Of a stretch of 32,000 bases of DNA, positions 26,069 to 32,000 are shown in pieces; position 1 is the first letter of the stretch, and each line of letters opens with the position of its first letter. The notes beneath the pieces are model-generated. The model did no database searches, was not told the DNA's origin, and saw nothing but the letters and a program-made list of their open reading frames with translations. Source of the DNA: Gemmata obscuriglobus (GTDB taxonomy: Bacteria; Planctomycetota; Planctomycetia; Gemmatales; Gemmataceae); the NCBI RefSeq assembly GCF_008065095.1, contig NZ_CP042911.1, positions 8,910,001 through 8,942,000 of the forward strand, read 5' to 3'. Position numbers and translations under genes: made by a program.

Positions 26069-26164
26069 CAACCGGCGATTCGATGCACGCCCCGCTGGTA
26101 ACGTCTGCCGCTCGAATGAACTGCGACGTTATCAGCGGGCGAACCTGCCTGTGTTACTGGCACC

Positions 26165-27337
26165 TCAAGCCGCGCGGCGGACGGCCTGGCGCAGGTACGC
26201 GCTACACACCTCGACCACCCGCTGCTGCTGCGCCTCGGTGATCTCCGGGAAGATCGGCAGCGCCACCACTTCGCCGGTGGACTGCTCGCTAGTCGGGAAG
26301 TCGCCGGTGCGGTACCCCAGGTACTTGAAGCACTCCTGCTGGTGCAGGCTGAGCGGGTAATACACCTCGACACCGACGCTGTTGTCCTTCAGGTGCTTGA
26401 CGAGCGGGTCGCGGTGGTGCGCCGGCACCCGCACCACGTACTGGTTGAACGTGTGCCGGCGGTCCGGCATCGCGACCGGGCGCCGCATGAACCCGTGCAG
26501 GTTCGCCCCCTCGATCAGCGCGTCGTACCGCTTCGCGGCCTCTTCGCGCGCCACCAGCCAGCCCGCCACGTGGGGCAGCTTCACGCGGAGCACCGCCGCG
26601 TGAACCGCGTCGAGCCGCATGTTGTACCCGACGTACTTGTGGTAGTACTTCACCTCCGACCCGTGGACCCGCAGCGCACGCAGCCGCTTGTCAAGGTCCG
26701 GGTCGTCCGTGGTGACCAGACCGGCGTCGCCCAGCGCGCCGAGGTTCTTGGTCGGGTAGAAGCTCATGCACGCGACCGCGCCCAACGTGCCGCACCGCTT
26801 GCCCTTGTACTCGCTGCCGAACGACTGCGCCGCGTCCTCCACCATGTACAGGCGGTGGTCGGACGCGATCTCGCCGATCGCGTCCATGTCGCAGCACTGG
26901 CCGAACAGGTGAACCGGCATGATCGCCCGCGTGTGCGGGGTGATCTTCGCCTCGATCTGGTTCGGGTCGATGTTGAACGTGAGCGGGTCGACGTCCACGA
27001 ACACCGGCTTCGCGCCGATGCGGGCGACGGCACTGGCGGACGCGAAGAACGTGAACGGCGGAACGATCACCTCGTCGCCCGGCCCGATGCCGAGCGCGCG
27101 GAGGGCGAGCACCAGCGCGTCGGTGCCGGACCCGCACCCGATCCCGTACCGCGCGCCGCAGAACGCCGCGGCCTCCTGCTCGAACGCCGCGACCTCGGGG
27201 CCGAGAATGGCCTGGCCCGACCCGAGAACGCGGAGCACGGCCGTGTCGATTTCGTCCTTCAGCCCGCGGTACTGGGCCTGAATGTCGCACAGCGGGACCG
27301 GCGCAGAGGGGGTAGGTGCGGTAGATGTCGGTTTCAC
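26165..27337 (-). CDS. DegT/DnrJ/EryC1/StrS-family PLP-dependent sugar aminotransferase
   Basis: The start is GTG 27337 with AGGAGG 8 nt upstream. The family pattern is present: ILGPEVAAFEQEAAAFCGARYGIGCGSGTDALVLALRALGIGPGDEVIVPPFTFFASA ... SFYPTKNLGALGDAG. Confidence 0.85.
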   Translation of the reverse strand: MKPTSTAPTPSAPVPLCDIQAQYRGLKDEIDTAVLRVLGSGQAILGPEVAAFEQEAAAFCGARYGIGCGSGTDALVLALRALGIGPGDEVIVPPFTFFASASAVARIGAKPVFVDVDPLTFNIDPNQIEAKITPHTRAIMPVHLFGQCCDMDAIGEIASDHRLYMVEDAAQSFGSEYKGKRCGTLGAVACMSFYPTKNLGALGDAGLVTTDDPDLDKRLRALRVHGSEVKYYHKYVGYNMRLDAVHAAVLRVKLPHVAGWLVAREEAAKRYDALIEGANLHGFMRRPVAMPDRRHTFNQYVVRVPAHHRDPLVKHLKDNSVGVEVYYPLSLHQQECFKYLGYRTGDFPTSEQSTGEVVALPIFPEITEAQQQRVVEVCSAYLRQAVRRAA

Positions 27338-27471
27338 GTGAGACGCCTCCTGCGCCGCGAAACTCAGAGCCGATTGCGGACCGGGGTTTAACGAAAGCAG
27401 GGTATCCCTACGTTACAGAGGGTAAACGTGTCAAGCCGGCTTGCCCGCCGGGGACTTGAGGAACTGCACGA

Positions 27472-28365
27472 ATGACGCCAGCGCCGACGACTCCGGGCAC
27501 GACCGCCGCCCCCGCTCCGGCCCCGCTCGCCGACCTCGCCCCCGAACTCAAACCGCTGTTGGACCGCATGGCGGCGGACCCGAACACGCGCGCCGCACTG
27601 CTCGAACAGTTGCTCGGCGTGAACGCGTGCCGGCAGATCGGCATCTACCCGATCCCGCCCGGGTTCAAGCTGTCGGTGGTGATCCCCGTGTACAACGAGG
27701 AGCGCTGGCTGGCCGAGTTGGTGCGCCGGGTGCAAGCGGTCGAGATCCCCAAAGAACTGATCCTGGTGAACGACTTCTCCAAGGACCGCACGCCCGAGAT
27801 CCTGGCGCAGCTCGAGAAGCAGTACGACAACGTCCGCGTATTCCACCAGCCCCGGAACATGGGCAAGGGCGCGGCCCTGCGCGAGGGGTTCAAGCACTGC
27901 ACCGGCGACCTGGTGATCGTGCAGGACGCGGACTGGGAGTACAACCCGGCCGAGTACCCGAAGCTCATCCAGCCCATCCTCGACGACAAGGCCGACGTGG
28001 TCATCGGGTCGCGGTTCATCGGCGAGAGCCACCGCGTGCTCTACTACTGGCACTCGGTCGGGAACAAGGTGCTCACCACCCTCTCGAACTGGTGTACCAA
28101 CCTGAACTTGACCGACATGGAGACCTGTTACAAGGTGTTCCGCCGGGAGGTGATTCAGGGCATGAACCTGAAGAGCAACCGGTTCGGGTTCGAGCCCGAG
28201 GTGACCGCCAAGATCGCCCGCAAGCGCGCCGGTAAGCCCCGGTGGCGCGTGTTCGAGGTGCCCATCAGCTACAGCGGCCGCACCTACGAAGAGGGCAAGA
28301 AGATCGGCATGAAGGACGGGTTCCAGGCCCTCTACTGCATCTTCCGGTACTGGCTCGCCGACTGA
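27472..28365 (+). CDS. family-2 glycosyltransferase
   Basis: The GT2 (GT-A) pattern [14 protein letters not shown] ... [10 protein letters not shown] ... [10 protein letters not shown] is present. The gene is divergent from the aminotransferase gene. Confidence 0.85.
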   Translation: MTPAPTTPGTTAAPAPAPLADLAPELKPLLDRMAADPNTRAALLEQLLGVNACRQIGIYPIPPGFKLSVVIPVYNEERWLAELVRRVQAVEIPKELILVNDFSKDRTPEILAQLEKQYDNVRVFHQPRNMGKGAALREGFKHCTGDLVIVQDADWEYNPAEYPKLIQPILDDKADVVIGSRFIGESHRVLYYWHSVGNKVLTTLSNWCTNLNLTDMETCYKVFRREVIQGMNLKSNRFGFEPEVTAKIARKRAGKPRWRVFEVPISYSGRTYEEGKKIGMKDGFQALYCIFRYWLAD

Positions 28366-28578
28366 ACACGCGCCCGGCCGCCTGAGCCACGGGCTTCGGG
28401 CTCGTGCCAGCACCTTATTAGCCGTCCGGGGCGGATATCCGTTTTGGACTGATGTCTTTGTGGCGCGGACATTCCTGTCTGTGCCACAATAAACAGCCAC
28501 CACCACCCGGACCGTGAATCACGAACATCACGCGGGCGGCTCCGGTTCGTCGGGCGGAGCACCCGCTGGCGGTCCCAG

Positions 28579-29454
28579 TTACCGCTTGGCCATGTCCACG
28601 AGCGCCCGCAGCGACGGCGGGCGGAACCGCTGCTTGTGCCACACCGCACACAACGTGCGCACGGGCGTCGGCTTGCCCAGCGGCCGGTACGCGCACTGCT
28701 TGCTCGTGTCGGCGGTCGCGGCCATCTCGGGAACGATCGACACGCCCTGGCCCGCCGCGACCATCGCCAGCAGTGTCACGATCTGCTCGCCCCGGCACAC
28801 CACCCTCGGTTCGAGCCCGCCCCGGTGACACAGGCTCAGCACCTGGTCGCCGAAGCAGTGCATGTCGTCCAGCAGGATGAACGGCTCCTCCAGCACGTCG
28901 GCCAGCTTCACCTCGGTCTTGGACGCGAGTTCGTGTTTCGCCGGTAGTGCCATCACCAGCGGTTCCGCGAACAGTTTCTCGACGTGCAACCGGTCGTCGC
29001 GGACCGGCATCGCCATCAGCGCCACGTCGAGTTCACCGGCCAACAGGTCGGCCAGCAGCCGCTCGGTGAGGTCCTCCTTCAGTTGCAACTGCACGTTCGG
29101 GTGGTCCTTGCGGAACCGCGTCACCGTGCCCGGCAGCAGAAAGGGTGCGATGGTCGGAATCGCCCCGACGCGCAACGACCCGCCCTCCGCGGAGTCGCGG
29201 ACCGCGCGCTCGGCCTCTTTGACCGCGGCCAGAATCCCCTGGGCGTGTCCCAGCAGCTCCCGCCCGGCGTCGGTGAGGACCACCTTCCGCCCGAGCCGGT
29301 CGAACAGCCGCCGGCCCACCCCGTGCGGCTTGCTCTCGAGCCGCATGATCTGCTCGCTGAGCGTCGGCTGGGTCACGTCCTCGCGCTCCGCGGCGCGGGT
29401 AAAGCTGCCCGTTTCGGCCACCGCAACGAAATACCGGAGCTGATGAAGCTCCAT
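28579..29454 (-). CDS. oxyR: LysR-family transcriptional regulator, OxyR-like
   Basis: The N-terminal HTH is MELHQLRYFVAVAETGSFTRAAE. The segment LLDDMHCFGDQVLSLC keeps the same H-C-x8-C spacing as the redox Cys pair of E. coli OxyR (HCLRDQAMGFC), as I recall it. Confidence 0.65.
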   Translation of the reverse strand: MELHQLRYFVAVAETGSFTRAAEREDVTQPTLSEQIMRLESKPHGVGRRLFDRLGRKVVLTDAGRELLGHAQGILAAVKEAERAVRDSAEGGSLRVGAIPTIAPFLLPGTVTRFRKDHPNVQLQLKEDLTERLLADLLAGELDVALMAMPVRDDRLHVEKLFAEPLVMALPAKHELASKTEVKLADVLEEPFILLDDMHCFGDQVLSLCHRGGLEPRVVCRGEQIVTLLAMVAAGQGVSIVPEMAATADTSKQCAYRPLGKPTPVRTLCAVWHKQRFRPPSLRALVDMAKR

Positions 29455-29621
29455 AGTCGCCTCCGATCAATTCCACGATTTGAATCGTCATATCCTTTTT
29501 AGCAGATGTTCAGAACGTGGGAAAGTGCGCCCGGCGGTTGCGGACCGGGCGGCGCGGCGGGACAATCGTGAGGTAACGGAGCGGTAAGGCACTGTTGCTC
29601 GGGCACGCACCAGGGGGCCAC

Positions 29622-29849
29622 ATGTCGATCGAGGAAGCGGTTGCCAAAGACCTGGTCGGGGTGCTGTTCGTCACGTTCCTGTTCGGCGGTCTGGCGCTGT
29701 GGCTCATCGTTGCCACCGTCGCCGACGCCTGGCGCAAGGTCCGCGTCGCCGAGCGGAACGCACGGCTCAAGCAGACGATGATCGAGCGCGGGTACCGGGC
29801 CGACGAGATCGTCCGGGTGTTGAACGCGTCCGCGGGCGACGCGCGGTGA
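29622..29849 (+). CDS. small single-pass membrane protein (75 aa), function unknown
   Basis: ATG 29622 follows a G-rich SD-like run. There is one TM helix (LVGVLFVTFLFGGLALWLIVATV) and then a basic helical tail. The gene is divergent from the oxyR-like gene. Its last ~20 codons are duplicated at 30992-31066. Confidence 0.5.
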   Translation: MSIEEAVAKDLVGVLFVTFLFGGLALWLIVATVADAWRKVRVAERNARLKQTMIERGYRADEIVRVLNASAGDAR

Positions 29850-29856
29850 CGCCGCG
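29782..29856 (+). repeat. direct repeat copy A (75 nt, 71/75 identical to 30992-31066)
   Basis: Base-by-base comparison at an offset of 1210 nt gives mismatches only at 29785, 29814, 29824 and 29852. Confidence 0.85.
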
Positions 29857-30130
29857 ACCGGCTGAAAGCCGCGTCCCTGCTCCGGCGAGCGCCGGGCAAA
29901 GGGAGTACGAAACGGCTCAAGGGCGGGTGGGATGAGGGCTACAACCTACAAGTCCTACAAGAAATCAAACTACCTGGAGTGCGGTCGCCCTGGGGGCGGT
30001 GTCGGTACTCGGGTGACTACTCCCGACTTGGCGCGGTAGATCTCTCCGGCCCGGCCGGCGACCTTCCGCGTGCAAAAAAAGGTCAAACAGGGATGCCGAC
30101 CTTCTGCTGCTACTTGCACGGAGATTCCTC

Positions 30131-30982
30131 GTGTCGTTCTTAACACGCGCTTACCCGCGGCGGCGTATCGGCTTCACGCTCATCGAACTCCTCGTTGTGC
30201 TCGCCATCATCGCTGTGATGATTGGCCTTCTGCTACCCGCGGTGCAATCGGTGCGGGTCACGGCCAAGCGGATGCAGAACCTGAACAATTTGAAGCAACT
30301 CGGGTTGGCCGTTCATCAGTACGCGTCTGCGCGCGGCGGTCGGCTGCCGACATTTCCTTACGAGCAGGTTCCGGGCAGCATTGTACCCAGCACAGTTCAC
30401 ATGCAACTTCTCCCGTACGTCGAGCAGGAGAACCTTTACCGGGCCTACTTTCGACAGGGCACGCCGGTGACGGACTCCTACGTCAAGGTGTTCCGTTCGC
30501 CGTTCGATGACACCGACTGGGCCTACAAATCAAGTCTGACGAGTTACGCTTACAACCCGCACGTGATCTCACCCTTTCGCCGGATCGAGGGGATTACCGA
30601 CGGCACCACCGGGACCATTTTGTTTGCCGAGCGCTACGCCGTTTGTGCCGGCGAGGCGTTCCAGTTCCACAGCCCGATCTCCTACCCATACGGTTCGGCC
30701 AGTTCCCAGCGGCCAACGTTCGCGGAATTCGCACGCGGGGATTATTACCCGATCACGAGTGGCGTCCCGCCCGTGAGCGTTGCTTCTGACCGTTCGGTCA
30801 CCTTTCAAGTCCGGCCGTTGGCGGGCGAGTGCGACCCGAGGCAGTTAAGCACCGGCGACCCCAAGGGGCTGCCCTGCGCCATGGCCGACGGCAGTGTGCG
30901 GGTGGTCAGCCGCGGCGTGGCACCGGCGGCCTTCTGGTCCGCCGTCACCCCGGATGCTGGCGAAGTGGTCCCACTCGACTGA
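30131..30982 (+). CDS. DUF1559-family protein with prepilin-type N-terminal cleavage/methylation motif
   Basis: The start is GTG 30131. The N-terminus is [29 protein letters not shown] and the [13 protein letters not shown] motif is present. The C-terminal AMADGSVR matches the usual DG motif of this planctomycete-expanded family. Confidence 0.85.
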   Translation: MSFLTRAYPRRRIGFTLIELLVVLAIIAVMIGLLLPAVQSVRVTAKRMQNLNNLKQLGLAVHQYASARGGRLPTFPYEQVPGSIVPSTVHMQLLPYVEQENLYRAYFRQGTPVTDSYVKVFRSPFDDTDWAYKSSLTSYAYNPHVISPFRRIEGITDGTTGTILFAERYAVCAGEAFQFHSPISYPYGSASSQRPTFAEFARGDYYPITSGVPPVSVASDRSVTFQVRPLAGECDPRQLSTGDPKGLPCAMADGSVRVVSRGVAPAAFWSAVTPDAGEVVPLD

Positions 30983-30991
30983 GTCGCAGAG

Positions 30992-31066
30992 TCGGGCGCG
31001 GGTACCGGGCCGACGAGATCGTCGGGGTGTTGAGCGCGTCCGCGGGCGACGCGCGGTGACGGCGCG
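30992..31066 (+). repeat. direct repeat copy B (remnant of the 3' end of the small membrane-protein gene)
   Basis: See copy A. In-frame translation gives GRGYRADEIVGVLSASAGDAR*, against ERGYRADEIVRVLNASAGDAR* in the intact gene. Confidence 0.85.
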
Positions 31067-31078
31067 TACACTACCCGC

Positions 31079-32000
31079 ATGAGCGACAACCCGTTCCGCG
31101 CCCTCCCGTCCGTCGCCAAGGTGCTGGCCAGTCCCGCGCTCGCGCCCGCACACGAGAGCCACCCGGCCGCGGCGGTCACCGCCCAGGTGCGCGCCGCCCT
31201 CGACCGGCTGCGCGACCGGCTGAAAGCCGGTGAACCGCTGTCCGCCGATGTCGATACGATCGCCCGCGAAGCCATGAGCGCGCTCGACGCCCAAAGCCGC
31301 CCCCTCTTGCGATCGGTCATCAACGCGACCGGCATCGTCCTGCACACCAACCTCGGGCGCTCGCCGCTCCACGAAGAGGCCGCCCGCGCCGCTTACGAGG
31401 CCGCCCGCGGGTACCTCAACCTCGAACTCGACCTCGCGACCGGTAAGCGCTCCTCGCGCCAAAGCCCCGTCCGCGCGGGCCTGAAGGCCGTCACCGGAGC
31501 CGAGGGCGCGACGGCCGTGAACAACTGCGCCGCGGCAACCGTGATCGCGCTCCGGGCGATCGCGGCCGGTAAAGAAGTGGTCGTGTCGCGCGGGCAGTTG
31601 GTCGAGATCGGCGGGAGCTTTCGCATCCCCGATGTGATGGCGGTCAGCGGCGCCGCGCTGCGCGAGGTGGGCACCACCAACATCACCCGCCTGAGCGATT
31701 ACGAGCGCGCGATCACGCCCAACACGGCGGCGCTCATGCGGGTGCATTGCAGCAACTACCGCGTGCGCGGGTACACGAAGTCGGTCGAACTCGAAGACCT
31801 CGTCGCGCTCGGGCGCAAGCACAACCTCCTCGTGATCGACGACGCGGGGAGCGGCCAGGTCGCCGACCTCACCCCCTTCGGACTGCCCGGCGAGCCGCTC
31901 ATTTCCGCGAGCGTGTCCGCCGGCGCGGACCTGGTGCTCTTCAGCGGCGACAAGCTCCTCGGCGGCCCGCAGTGCGGGCTCATCGTCGGAAAGGCCGACC
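31079..32000 (+). CDS. selA: L-seryl-tRNA(Sec) selenium transferase (selenocysteine synthase), 3' partial at window edge
   Basis: My own translation starts at ATG 31079, and the frame stays open to the window end, which is why it is absent from the ORF track. The blocks VINATGIVLHTNLGRS, GKEVVVSRGQLVEIGGSFRIPDVM, VGTTN, ALMRVHCSNYRVRGYTK and FSGDKLLGGPQCGLIVGK align with the E. coli SelA sequence as I recall it. Confidence 0.9.
   Translation, partial: MSDNPFRALPSVAKVLASPALAPAHESHPAAAVTAQVRAALDRLRDRLKAGEPLSADVDTIAREAMSALDAQSRPLLRSVINATGIVLHTNLGRSPLHEEAARAAYEAARGYLNLELDLATGKRSSRQSPVRAGLKAVTGAEGATAVNNCAAATVIALRAIAAGKEVVVSRGQLVEIGGSFRIPDVMAVSGAALREVGTTNITRLSDYERAITPNTAALMRVHCSNYRVRGYTKSVELEDLVALGRKHNLLVIDDAGSGQVADLTPFGLPGEPLISASVSAGADLVLFSGDKLLGGPQCGLIVGKAD

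Noticed and set aside
30829-31059. 76-aa ORF ending in GRGYRADEIVGVLSASAGDAR
   Set aside because: Only its last ~21 codons are meaningful, as the duplicated 3' fragment of gene 29622..29849. The rest overlaps the DUF1559 gene out of frame. It is a remnant, not a gene.
1-32000. CRISPR arrays, rRNA/tRNA genes, prophage or defence-system gene clusters
   Set aside because: I saw no regularly spaced short direct repeats. No canonical tRNA T-loop (GGTTCGAATCC or its complement) occurs outside coding sequence. I recognised no nuclease, helicase or methylase-type defence genes. The window looks like ordinary chromosome with one IS.

Overview
This is a visibly GC-rich chromosomal segment (GC not computed), almost certainly from a planctomycete and probably Gemmataceae-like. 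The taxon call rests on the gene content: a DUF1559 protein with a prepilin-type N-terminus, a BBP7 outer-membrane barrel, a PEP-CTERM protein, a YXWGXW-repeat protein and secreted PPC-domain proteins. I support about 24 protein genes, mostly envelope, secreted and housekeeping functions, plus one complete IS66-family insertion sequence with an 8-bp target-site duplication. Most long ORFs in the six-frame track are antisense or out-of-frame artefacts of high GC.

The main result concerns selenocysteine. A 5' partial selA gene (selenocysteine synthase) runs off the right edge of the window and is missing from the ORF track. Two genes in the window carry a single in-frame TGA.
- A small HMA (heavy-metal-associated) lipoprotein has its TGA exactly where the first Cys of the M-T-C-x-x-C metal-binding motif belongs, giving M-T-U-V-T-C. 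A hairpin begins 10 nt downstream. This is a strong candidate UxxC selenoprotein.
- A Tat-signal polysaccharide pyruvyl transferase family gene is split by one in-frame TGA. It may be a selenoprotein, a readthrough gene or a fresh pseudogene.

Other structure:
- Three long perfect palindromes (28, 40 and 44 bp arms) sit at gene 3' ends.
- A 75-nt direct repeat brackets the DUF1559 gene and duplicates the 3' end of a small membrane-protein gene just upstream of selA.
- An 812-bp convergent non-coding gap holds a 90-nt rod hairpin and an intrinsic-terminator-like hairpin.
- A chemoreceptor carries an unusual His-rich 6-TM input module and follows a CPC thioredoxin-fold membrane protein.

All family assignments come from motif recognition by eye. 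No database search was run.
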